Under the pieces are notes generated by a model. It had not been told where the DNA came from, searched no databases, and was given only the letters and a program-made list of their open reading frames with translations. From an uncultured Nitrososphaeraceae archaeon (lineage in GTDB: Archaea; Thermoproteota; Nitrososphaeria; Nitrososphaerales; Nitrososphaeraceae), in the NCBI GenBank assembly GCA_963825865.1, contig CAWGVG010000025.1:1-30689 (forward strand): a stretch of 30,689 nt of DNA, written 5' to 3'. Both the position numbers and the translations under genes were made by a program. Of this stretch, positions 17,811 to 27,374 are shown one piece after another (within the stretch, counting starts at the first letter, position 1; the number at the start of each line of letters is the position of its first letter).

Positions 17811-18356
17811 TTATTTGTTAATGTTAAATTTATCTATGCGGTATACTCCATTGCTGCCTAATGTAGATGGAGGTATTTCTGCTTCTTCATTATTATTTTC
17901 TCTTCCATCATCATCATTATCAATACCAGCAAATGAGTCTGATGGCAATCTTCCTAAGACTGGCAGCATTTCAAACATTTGTGCTAAACTATTACTAAGT
18001 TTATGAAGTTCGGCAATTGATCTAATGGCTATATCAGGTTTCTCTTCCTGGTTGTCTGTTATAATCTGCCATAATTTGCGTTGCATATTCTTTACTTCGT
18101 CTACTCTTTCAAAAAACAAATGGTTCATGTATGCAAACCTGTTCTTACGTAAATGGTCTAACTCTTTTTTAGAGTCTTGGCGTAACTCCATTTTTATATG
18201 TCTAAAATAGTCTGATCCTATCTCTATGTCGTATTTGCTCTTTACTTTGGAATTAATGTAATCTAGTGATTCCTCAGTTGTCAATCGTTGCAGAATACAA
18301 TCGAGCACTAATCTCTTGAAAACTTCCTTTTGATCGTTATTGAATTTCTTTGCCAA
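17811..18356 (-). CDS. Hypothetical helical protein with N-terminal HTH-like region (terminase-small-subunit-like architecture)
   Basis: 181-aa ORF; LTTEESLDYI...IEIGSDYFRHIK then amphipathic helices and an acidic tail. The functional call is inference only. Confidence 0.65.
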   Translation of the reverse strand: MAKKFNNDQKEVFKRLVLDCILQRLTTEESLDYINSKVKSKYDIEIGSDYFRHIKMELRQDSKKELDHLRKNRFAYMNHLFFERVDEVKNMQRKLWQIITDNQEEKPDIAIRSIAELHKLSNSLAQMFEMLPVLGRLPSDSFAGIDNDDDGRENNNEEAEIPPSTLGSNGVYRIDKFNINK

Positions 18357-18370
18357 CTTACTTTACTCAC

Positions 18371-18586
18371 TTATTCATTTATTCGTGTTAATAGAATACG
18401 TCGCATCATTTCATTGTCCTTCTTCTTATATCTACTAATGTATTTACTTCGTTTTCTCATGGTATTCCAACGTAGCAATCCGCCACTATACCCGCCGTAG
18501 TCACAAAACGGTTTATCATCCTTTGTCGTATTGTCTTCTTTATCGTTATTCTTGGTATTATTGTTGGTATTATTTGTATTTGACAT
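18371..18586 (-). CDS. Hypothetical 71-aa protein
   Basis: ATG start, tightly packed between co-oriented ORFs (14 and 41 nt gaps); Asn-rich N-terminus, basic C-terminus. Confidence 0.5.
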   Translation of the reverse strand: MSNTNNTNNNTKNNDKEDNTTKDDKPFCDYGGYSGGLLRWNTMRKRSKYISRYKKKDNEMMRRILLTRINE

Positions 18587-18627
18587 TTTGTGTTAATTGA
18601 TTAATCGGTTAATTGGTTACTTGATAA

Positions 18628-19344
18628 TTAAACGCCTGCAATCTTTCGCATGAATGCTAGACTACGTATAACACTATCTGAAGCGGATGAATAAGAGGAA
18701 TAATAAGATGAAGAACCATTCTTATTATTATTACCATTCACTTTTGAAAAGTCAGGCACATCTCTAAATCCAGCGTAAGGATCTTTTTTAGTCGTTACAG
18801 AAGATGCACCATGCTGCTTAACTCCGCTTTTCTTTAATTTTGTAAGATATATCTCTGCAATTTCTTGGTCGCTAATACCAGACCATTTGTAAACGTGTTC
18901 TAATTCCTGCTGATATCTATCTTCTCTAACAAATAGTTCTCGAGGTATTAACTGATGTAAGTGTTGCCATTCTCTCGGCTTTTGATACTTTTTCCTGATA
19001 TCTTTCAACAAATTTGTTGTTACGCTCTCGTTCTGCAAGAAGATCGTCTTTCATAGTTTGTAGTTTGTTTAACATGCTAAGCGCTTCACCTAATGTCTGC
19101 GGTGTTTGTAGGTTGTTAATGTCTAATGATGATGATGATAATGCTGGCTGTTCTCCTTCTGCTTCTACTGCTACTGCTGCTTTTGCTTCTGTTGTTGAAG
19201 TCGATGATCGTTGTGAGGGTCCTGCTGCTGTTCCTGTTCCTGTTGTTGATTCTGATGCTTTGTGTGGTCTTAACATTGCGAGCGCCAGCTGGCTTCTTCA
19301 GCTTCTTTGATACACTTATTCTTTGAATCCTGCTGTTGGTCCAT
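18628..19344 (-). CDS. Coiled-coil scaffold-like hypothetical protein, frameshifted; start uncertain
   Basis: ORF 18926..19276 (disordered linker, then ALSMLNKLQTMKDDLLAERERNNKFVERYQEKVSKAERMATLTS) joins ORF 18628..19038 (IPRELFVREDRYQQELEH...) by +1 shift near 18950. Confidence 0.55.
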
Positions 19345-19554
19345 TTTATTTAATGATTTAATATTACTATTGACAAAGCTATTATCCTTTCTGTCACTAG
19401 AAGACATCGTTGTTGCTGTCCAATGTTTGACTGCTTCATTTAGAACACGATATAATTCATTGTTTACGTTTTCAAAAACATCATGAACACTTTCAATATA
19501 ATCATAAGATTAATAATCTTTTACTACCTCATCATATTCGTTGTCAAAATCATC

Positions 19555-20067
19555 TAAAGAAGACATATATGATATAATTAACCACTATTATCGCTACTAC
19601 TACTACCGCTACCGCTTGTCTGCCTGACACAACCCGCTTCATCATATTCAAATTTCGAATAACAATGTCTTTCTGAGTATTATTGTTATATTCAGTTGTG
19701 GGTTTTTCTAGTTGTTGACGCTGTTGTTCTATAATAATTCTCTTCTGTTGCTGCTTGATGCTGCAACTGCTGATTTCTTAATTGCTGTTCTTTATTATGG
19801 TGTACGTGGTTGACGAGTCTGAAGATTATATTTATTGTTACTGATTATTCCATGACATTTTTGTTGTAAACACAATATCTCGTTAATCCTCTCTTTGAAC
19901 TCATGAAAATATCCATATTGATTTTCTCTTAATGTAATATACTTATACAAGTATAAAATAAACACACGCTGCCCCATTACCATTGTTTTCGGCAATATGT
20001 TGGCTGGTTCTTTTGCTTAAAAGCTGCGCACTAGTTAAATACTTCTATTTCTGTAGCTTGACTCATG
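19555..20067 (-). pseudogene. Fragmented hypothetical gene, possible paralogue of 18628..19344
   Basis: Fragments in several frames: ORF 19795..19995, a Gln-rich stretch, and KDIVIRNLNMMKRVVSG at ~19622-19672. Boundaries are approximate. Confidence 0.35.
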
Positions 20068-20143
20068 GAAAGTGTAAAGGAAGTTAAACATTTGTCATAT
20101 GCACGTCTCGTGAATCATATTTGTTGGGAGGAGGAGTATTGAC

Positions 20144-20278
20144 ATGCCATCTATAGAGGGAGTTGACGATGACGCTCCTTCAAAAGGCTTTGGTGTGTAC
20201 GGCGAGAGCAACAAGGGCAACTTTGCCGTGTATGGGGTGAGTGACAACGGCGATGCTGATAAAGTTGTCATAAGCTAG
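20144..20278 (+). pseudogene. Truncated GVxGxS-repeat protein fragment (44 aa)
   Basis: GGAGGAGGAG 7 nt upstream of ATG; MPSIEGVDDDAPSKGFGVYGESNKGNFAVYGVSDNGDADKVVIS*; visibly higher GC than its flanks. Confidence 0.45.
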
Positions 20279-21115
20279 AGTGGCGTTAAGATTAGCAGTA
20301 GTAGTAGCGGTGGCTTCGACAGTAACAGATGGAGTAGGAGAAGGAGGTGAATTATCCATACCGCATATAGACTGTATATCGTTTTATTTAAGCAACTATA
20401 AAGTCATATAAAATGTATTTTATAGGAATCACATACATAAAATATCCTAATAAATCAGCAGTAATCGATTTGTGAATCATAAGCAAGAGATGGAAGAATT
20501 ATCTTAGTAAAGAAATATTCTTAGCACCATTTTAATTATTATATCTTGACTGTTTTTTACTGTGATATGATATATTGGAGTTAGGCCAAAGTAGGTCTGA
20601 GGCTCATATTTTTGCAGAAATTTATTTTATTAATACATTAGGAAATAATGGCATTATAATGTTTAAAAAACATAGAACAAGAGTCACTATAAGATAGCTA
20701 TTAATTTTATATATAAACAATGTTTATATTAAATGAAGAGAAAGAGGAAAGTCACTTCTAATGCAGGCAATCAAAAGTACGGGAATAGTATTAAAAACTC
20801 ATTTATGTCTGAAGGGTTTAAGTCAGAATAGTGATAAAGTGTTGACTACTATTTACGATTTAACATCTTTTGTATAATTAATTAATCTTTGCAATTAGCC
20901 CAGAAACGCTAGTGAAAGCTTTCATATTATCTTCTACATTTAATATAGAACTTATCGCGATCCAACTACAGAATGGCAAATATATAATTGTAATTGCATA
21001 TCATCATAAAGAACGGTAAATTTTAGCCGATTTTAAATACATGGCAAGCATTTAATAGGTATGTGATATTTAGGAAATTAGATGTTATTAATGTATATAA
21101 TGGCGGTAGTTAATT

Positions 21116-22528
21116 CTATAATCTGGTTTTAGCAAGTCTAAATTCCTCATGGAGCGTTCTTACTGCTTGATCACAATCCCTATCATTAACTACAAAAGCC
21201 AAATTCAGTTCTGAAGAACCCTGTGCAATCATTATGACATTAATATTTCGTTTTGCAACTGCGCTAAATACTTTAGCTGCTACACCCTTTATGCCACGCA
21301 TACCAGATCCTACAACTGCGATTACTGCAACGTCATCATTGACATTTACTTGTTTTATCACCTTTCCAAGTAAATTCAAATCAAGGGTTGTTGTTGCCTT
21401 GTCAAGATCGCTCTTTCTTACAACCATAGATATGCTAGATTCGGATGGACTTTGTGAAATCATCATTATATTTACACTATTTTTTGCCAGAACATCGAAG
21501 ATCTTTGCAGCTGTTCCGGGAGCCCCAACCATTCCTCCTCCACTTACATCAATCAACGCAGTATGGCGAATAGCAGTGATCGACTTTACAATCTTTTGTG
21601 ATGCCTTGCTTGTATTCTGCGAAATAACTGTTCCTTCATCTTTTACGTTGAATGTATTTCGTATTCGAATGGGAATTTTAGTATCTATTACTGGCTCAAG
21701 AGCACGCGGATGCATATACTTTGCACCAAATAAAGCCATTTCCATTGCTTCAGCAAATGACACTTCTCTGAGCACTTTTGCCTCCTTAACAATTTTAGGA
21801 TCTGCAGTCATTAGTCCATCCACGTCACTCCAAAGCCATACCTCGTTAGCATTAATACTTGCTGCAATTATCGACGCAGTATAATCTGAACCGCCCCTGC
21901 CTATGGTTGTAATGTTGCCATTCTGATCTGCGCCAATAAATCCAGTTATTACAGGTATTACGTTATCTTTCAACAATGGTTCGATTTTATGTACAACACG
22001 AAGTTTTGTGGTATCCATTAGAGGCCGAGCTTCTCCAAAATTAGAATCAGTCAAAATTCCAACCTCTTTACCTGTTAGATATGCTGATCTTAATCCAATA
22101 TCGCGTAATACAAACGAAACGATTGGAGTAGATAGTCGTTCTCCAAATGACATTAAATAATCCAGAGACCTTGGAGTAATCTCAGCCAGAAGCACTATGC
22201 CTCCAAGAATGTCTTGTAATTCATCAAGTAATTTCATAATTACAAACTCTGCTTCATTTTTTATTTTTTTATCTGCGATAGCCTGATCAATAATAGTGGT
22301 ATGGATATCGCGTGCATTATTTATGAAATCCTCGATAGAAGTCTTATCACCTCTCTTTATGCTATCAGAAATGGATAATATCCCATCAGTCATTCCGCGG
22401 ACAGCAGAAACAACACCTACAATGTCATTACTTTCTTTCTGCTTTTGTGATTTTATTAGATTGGCAACGTGAATAACCTTATTAGCAGAATTTATGGCAG
22501 TTCCACCAAACTTCATCACAAAACGCAT
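21116..22528 (-). CDS. lysC: Aspartate kinase with two ACT domains
   Basis: VMKFGGT, VVSA, SFGERLS, GFIG, TTIGRGGSDYTA, WSDVDGLMTADPK, EAMEMALFGAK, tandem ACT domains. Confidence 0.96.
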   Translation of the reverse strand: MRFVMKFGGTAINSANKVIHVANLIKSQKQKESNDIVGVVSAVRGMTDGILSISDSIKRGDKTSIEDFINNARDIHTTIIDQAIADKKIKNEAEFVIMKLLDELQDILGGIVLLAEITPRSLDYLMSFGERLSTPIVSFVLRDIGLRSAYLTGKEVGILTDSNFGEARPLMDTTKLRVVHKIEPLLKDNVIPVITGFIGADQNGNITTIGRGGSDYTASIIAASINANEVWLWSDVDGLMTADPKIVKEAKVLREVSFAEAMEMALFGAKYMHPRALEPVIDTKIPIRIRNTFNVKDEGTVISQNTSKASQKIVKSITAIRHTALIDVSGGGMVGAPGTAAKIFDVLAKNSVNIMMISQSPSESSISMVVRKSDLDKATTTLDLNLLGKVIKQVNVNDDVAVIAVVGSGMRGIKGVAAKVFSAVAKRNINVIMIAQGSSELNLAFVVNDRDCDQAVRTLHEEFRLAKTRL

Positions 22529-22565
22529 AGTAAATCAGATATTTTATTTACGTAAATTAGTGATT

Positions 22566-23318
22566 TTAATCCTGGACTCTTGGTGCAAGATAAAAGTGAA
22601 TTCTACCTACATTTGCAACTCTGAATTCTAACCTCAATGGCATTTTGCTTGAATATTCTGCTGCTATCGATCCGCCAACAGTACTTACTGCTTTAGTAAT
22701 TTTAGAAAGGTAATCCAAACTATACGTTGCCTTGCTATCTTCGTTTATACTTAGCTCTTCCAAACCTTCGCTTCCAGAATCTAAAACTATATCTGCTTCG
22801 CCTGAATCTCCTTTACCTGAGAATTCTACTTTCTTGGGCTCAGATTCAATAGAAATGTATTCAGAGACTACTTGAACGTCTGAAAGAATTTTATCAAATG
22901 CGCCAGCGGTCAATACCACTTTAGAATGGAAGGTCAATTTTGGTAACGGGGTAGAACTTGCTGAACTCTCAATTAGTCTCATTTTGTATTCTCTCTTATA
23001 ACTATTAGAAATCTTGATGTGTAGCATACTGTCATCCCCGACAGTAATTTCAACTGCATCCTTTTTATCAGCTCGTCTTATCATCTTTGAGAATTCGTCA
23101 ACTCGCACGCCAAATTTTAATGCTGTATCGCATTCATATCCTTCAAATGCAGAGTTTGGCCAGTGAATATCTATAAGTGCAACATGTGATGGATCCATTC
23201 CTCGAAAGGAGATCCCCTCAACAGTCGCTTCAAATGTTGCCTCATCTACCAGAGTAGAAATCGCGGATATTACAGCCCTCCACTCTTCAGGAGATTTTGT
23301 TTTAGCCACGAACACCAA
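22566..23318 (-). CDS. pcn: DNA polymerase sliding clamp PCNA
   Basis: LVDEATF, GMDPSHVALID, YSLDYL, MPLRLEF, FYLAPRV. Confidence 0.97.
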   Translation of the reverse strand: MVFVAKTKSPEEWRAVISAISTLVDEATFEATVEGISFRGMDPSHVALIDIHWPNSAFEGYECDTALKFGVRVDEFSKMIRRADKKDAVEITVGDDSMLHIKISNSYKREYKMRLIESSASSTPLPKLTFHSKVVLTAGAFDKILSDVQVVSEYISIESEPKKVEFSGKGDSGEADIVLDSGSEGLEELSINEDSKATYSLDYLSKITKAVSTVGGSIAAEYSSKMPLRLEFRVANVGRIHFYLAPRVQD

Positions 23319-23425
23319 ATTAATTCAATGATGTGGCTCTCATTTACAGATTTTAAACATTGCTATATTCAATACATGAGCTAAATATTACATTGGATTA
23401 CAGTAAATTCCTCATAACGTGGTAG

Positions 23426-23448
23426 ACGCGGTATATATAATACCGCGT
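23426..23448. promoter_or_regulatory. GC-armed palindrome around an AT core upstream of pcn
   Basis: ACGCGGTAT-ATATA-ATACCGCGT. Confidence 0.5.
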
Positions 23449-23707
23449 AGAAATATAGTAACGATAATACTTTTATTTTGATAAGAGCGCATAAATATTT
23501 GGCTCCCACTTTAAAATCTACATTATAAGATATTTGGATATATTATATAGTCAAGGCCCATCAAGGCATACATTATTGGGTGTTAGGAATTAGGTTAATG
23601 CTGACTTTTGTACAGTTAAGACTAAGGCAGATTATATTCAAAATTAAGAAATTGCCAGCAAAATCCGATCAGATTATTTTCTCCTTTATCACATATTTTC
23701 ATTATAA

Positions 23708-24045
23708 TCATGCATAATTTCTCCAAGTATGGCTGCATTTTGTGCATCGAAAAAATTGAGTAGTAGCTTCATCAGCAGACCTTGTCTGTAACATCCACCA
23801 AAAAGCATTATTATTTCCACATCTTCGGGCATTCAGTAGATGTCGTAGGTAATATAGCTGGACTCTTCTCGGCATCAATGACTTTGAGTGAAGCTCTGAG
23901 ATGCTTTCTCAATCGAAGATATCGTGTTTTCCTTAGCTGACATTCTCATTTTCCTTGTCTACTGAAAAACCACATTTTGGACAAAGACAATGCCTTCTTC
24001 TATCTTCGGCTTCATTCGTGTTTCGCATTTAGGACAGAACTTCAC
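23708..24045 (-). CDS. tfs: Transcription factor S (TFS/RpoM family), multiple frameshifts; absent from the ORF track
   Basis: GTG 24045 KFCPKCE...CPKCG N-terminal zinc ribbon; C-terminal CGNNNAFWWMLQTRSADEATTQFFRCTKCSHTWRNYA* with the QTRSADE acidic tip; located between rpoL and pcn. Confidence 0.9.
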
Positions 24046-24061
24046 ATTGAAACTACTCTTA

Positions 24062-24340
24062 TTACTTCTTCAATGCAGTCTTCAATGTGCTATTCAGTTC
24101 CTTAATGTGTTCTGAGGCAGAAACAGATGCTTCTCGAATTGCTTCAATTGGATCCTTTTTCTTGGTTATAATTCTAACAATATATTCTTTAATAAGTGGA
24201 TGTTTGAGTATTACCCCTGCAAATTCAATGCTTTTTTCTTTCAAAAGTTCGTGTTGTATGATGTACATAACTGAAATATCTTCCTCTTGAAGTTTTAATT
24301 CCAGTCGATTATCCTTAATATCGATAATTTCCGCAAGCAT
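24062..24340 (-). CDS. rpoL: DNA-directed RNA polymerase subunit L (Rpo11)
   Basis: LELKLQEEDISVMYIIQHELL....IEFAGVILKHPL; adjacent to tfs. Confidence 0.88.
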   Translation of the reverse strand: MLAEIIDIKDNRLELKLQEEDISVMYIIQHELLKEKSIEFAGVILKHPLIKEYIVRIITKKKDPIEAIREASVSASEHIKELNSTLKTALKK

Positions 24341-24401
24341 AATACAGACAACTACTTATTGAGGATATAAATGATACCATATGGAATATTATTGACAGAT
24401 A

Positions 24402-24918
24402 ATGGCGAGTATTATTGCGGATGCTATAATAAGCAAATCTCAGAATAAGATAAAAAGAAGATGAATGCTGACATTAAGTTTGAGTTTTAAAATAAATCGG
24501 AAATATAAGAGAGGTTTTTAATCAGAAAAACTGGGAACTGGCATATAATAAACATGATAATTTGTTTAGAATGAATATTGAGATAGATTTGAAAGCAGGA
24601 AGAAAAGTAGTTCTCAACAATAAATTTGTCAGAAAGGCAACGCTTTTCTGGACTCGTAGTCCTAAGATTCCTTATAGGATATGGATTTCAATTATTAAAG
24701 ATGATATGCCTTTTTATCCTGTAACAGTTGAAGAAGCAAAGTCATTCTTATTTGATGTTAAGAAAGTAATTGAACTAAATGGCAATGGTTTTATCTCAGG
24801 AAGTAATAAGCTGTTTGCTAATATTAAAGTTAAATGGGGTAAACATACTTACACTGAACCCACAGTGATAGCTGGCAAATCAAATGTTATAGATATTACC
24901 TGCATAGAACAAAAATAA
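24402..24918 (+). CDS. Conserved hypothetical protein; 5' part probably frameshifted
   Basis: ORF 24562..24918 (FVRKATLFWTRSPKIPYRIW, VKWGKH) extends upstream in frame as IREVFNQKNWELAYNKHDN; probable start ATG 24402 via frameshifts. Confidence 0.65.
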
Positions 24919-25165
24919 ATACATAAATCATTAAATATCGTCAGAACCGGAACGCCAATTACTCAGGGCATCCCACTTGTCCTTTTCTATCCAAATCCAA
25001 AAAGTCCTAGATGATCAGAGCAGATTGAGCTCTGCTATAACCTACTCCGATAATCTTGCATCCAAATTTGTTTCCATAAATAACACAGTCCGTGATGTAG
25101 ACTAAATCGTTATAAAAATTAATTTTTAGGTGACGATTGATTTTCCTAATAATGACATATCCAAG

Positions 25166-25564
25166 TTATTTTGACGGTGCCTCGCATAACTCCGTTAAAA
25201 CGCCATTCAGGGATTTTGGATGAATAAAGGTAACCTTTCTACCATATGAACCTGAACGCAATTCACCAAGTATTCTCATTCCATTTTCTGATGCTCTTGC
25301 AACATCTTTTTCTATATCATTTGCGGTAATGGCAATATGATGTATCCCTTCTCCGTGTTCCACTAGGAATTTTTTAATGGGGCTATCGTCAACTATGGGC
25401 TCCATTAATTCAATTCTAGTATCTTCTAGGTCTAGCATTGCAACTCTGACTTTTTCGCCTGGAACTACTTCAACTTCGACATGATCTATATTGAATATCT
25501 TCTGATAATTTTTCAAAGCTTCATCAACATTGTTAACAGCTATTGCAACATGGTCTACTCGCAT
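25166..25564 (-). CDS. mce: Methylmalonyl-CoA epimerase
   Basis: VDHVAIAV, IELMEP, FL..HGEGIHHIAI, FIHPKSLNGVLTELCE. Confidence 0.95.
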   Translation of the reverse strand: MRVDHVAIAVNNVDEALKNYQKIFNIDHVEVEVVPGEKVRVAMLDLEDTRIELMEPIVDDSPIKKFLVEHGEGIHHIAITANDIEKDVARASENGMRILGELRSGSYGRKVTFIHPKSLNGVLTELCEAPSK

Positions 25565-25774
25565 TTTATTTCACTTTAAAATGAATCGTCACGATATGAT
25601 AAGACAGATATAAAGGAGCATTCGGATAACAATTGAATTTATTTGCAGTAGCAATGCCAATAGCCCTTCTTATCATTAGCATATTAATTCAGTATATGCA
25701 GAATAGCATAAAAATCATTCCTATAGTTCCATGGCATATATCAAAATCTCGCTTTTCTTTATATCTATCTCAAG

Positions 25775-27363
25775 CTAAAATGATACCTTTGGCTCATACT
25801 TTCCAAAGATTCCACCAAATGTATTACTTATTTCGCCCAGTGTAACATTATTCTTTACCGCATGAATAATATGGGCATCAAGTTTTCGTCCTGCTTTTCA
25901 GCTGCCTGTTGCAGTGCGTCCAATGCCTGCCCAACTTTTATCTTGTCACGAGAATTCTTAAAATCCATCAACCTAGAGATCTGCCTTCCTTCACTCTCTT
26001 TATCTATCATATTCAGCTTTGGTTCAACGTCATGCGGATCTTGGAATTTGTTGACACCGACGATGACGCGTTTATTTTCATCTATCTCCTTTTTCAGCCG
26101 ATAAGCATTTCTCCTGATTTCCTCTTGGAAAAAACCCTTTTCAACAGCTGCCAATGCGCCACCTATTCGGCTAATTTTTTTCAAGTATTTTTCAACTTCT
26201 TCTTCAATTCTGTTTGTTAAATATTCTACATAATAGGAACCTGCCGTTGGATCTACCGTTTTAGTAACGCCAGTTTCCGTAGCGATCATATGTTGAGTTC
26301 TAAGTGCGATTTTTACAGATTCTTCTGTGGGTAATGCTAGTGCTTCATCTCTAGAATTGGTATGTAAGGATTGGCATCCACCTAATACTGCGGCAAGTGC
26401 TTCTATATGTAACCCTAACAATATTGTTATCAACTTGTTGAGCAGTTAATGATTCGCCACTGGTTTGCACATGGAATCGTAAATGCCATGACTTTGCATT
26501 CTTAGCATGGAACCTCTCTCTCATTATTTTAGCATAAATTCGCCTAGCAGCTCTAAATTTAGCTACCTCTTCAAAAAACTCCATTGTACAGCAGAAGAAA
26601 AATGATAATCTAGGAGCAAAATCATCCACTTTTAACCCTCTTTCAATACAGGTTTTGATATATTCTATTGCATTGGCAAAAGTAAAGGCTAACTCTTGTA
26701 TAGCATTAGCTCCTGCTTCACGCATATGATATCCAGAGATACTTATCGGATACCACTGCGGGACATGTTTAGAGCAATACTGTATCATGTCACCAATAAG
26801 CCTTATCGATGGTTTTGGAGGATAAATGTATGTATTCCTTGCAATATATTCTTTCAATATGTCATTTTGGGTTGTACCCCTGATCTGCAAGTGGAGAAAC
26901 TCCTTGGGATTCGGCTACACTAATATATAATGAAAGTAATGTTGATGCCGTCGAGTTAATTGTCATGGAAGTACTAACCTTATCCAATGGAATATTTTCA
27001 AAACAACTCATCATATCCCTAATCGAACTAATCGCTACTCCGGTTCTTCCAACCTCACCTTCAGATTGAGGATCGTCGGAATCGCGGCCTGTCTGTGTAG
27101 GCAAATCAAAGGCCAACGATAATCCTGTCTGCCCGTGTTCAAGCAAAAATTTGAATCTGTTATTGGTCTCTTCAGCACTTCCGAATCCGCTGTACTGTCG
27201 CATTGTCCACAAGCGCTCCCGATACATGTTAGGATATAGACCGCGTGTATACGGAAATTTGCCTGGTTCTTCATCAAGAGTTATCGGATTTTGAAAGATC
27301 CTTCTTTTTATGAACTCTTTTTACAGGTATTCCTGAATCCGTCTTAATAGCATCAGCTGGCAT
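25775..27363 (-). CDS. Methylmalonyl-CoA mutase large (substrate-binding) subunit, four frameshifts
   Basis: [105 protein letters not shown] across ORFs 26862-27227, 26351-26890, 25855-26433 and flanks. Confidence 0.93.
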
Positions 27364-27374
27364 TGCTTTCTCTT

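Larger units (their letters stand above)
15734..20412. mobile_element. Putative degenerate integrated element or provirus remnant (boundaries uncertain)
   Basis: Dense small orphan ORFs, RHH switch, zinc fingers and convergent TerS-like/scaffold-like genes between truD and lysC; no integrase or att site seen. Confidence 0.4.

Noticed and set aside
19014-19326. Plus-strand poly-Leu and Ala/Val-rich ORFs
   Set aside because: Antisense read of the low-complexity linker of the minus-strand gene.
20450-21110. AT-rich 660-bp gap as a replication origin
   Set aside because: No ORB-like repeats or adjacent orc1/cdc6 gene seen.
13730-21110. att sites or target-site duplications bounding the island
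   Set aside because: No direct repeat, tRNA fragment or integrase found by eye; boundaries remain undefined.
21234-21884. 216-aa plus-strand ORF and other antisense ORFs (112, 1375, 1817, 2153, 8262, 9961, 13233, 17803, 18025, 24087, 25862, 25909, 26696, 27613, 29392)
   Set aside because: Shadow ORFs opposite well-supported genes.
24930-25100. Possible C/D-box sRNA on the minus strand (two CTGA boxes) and a small hairpin
   Set aside because: No convincing C box at the correct spacing; target complementarity cannot be verified.
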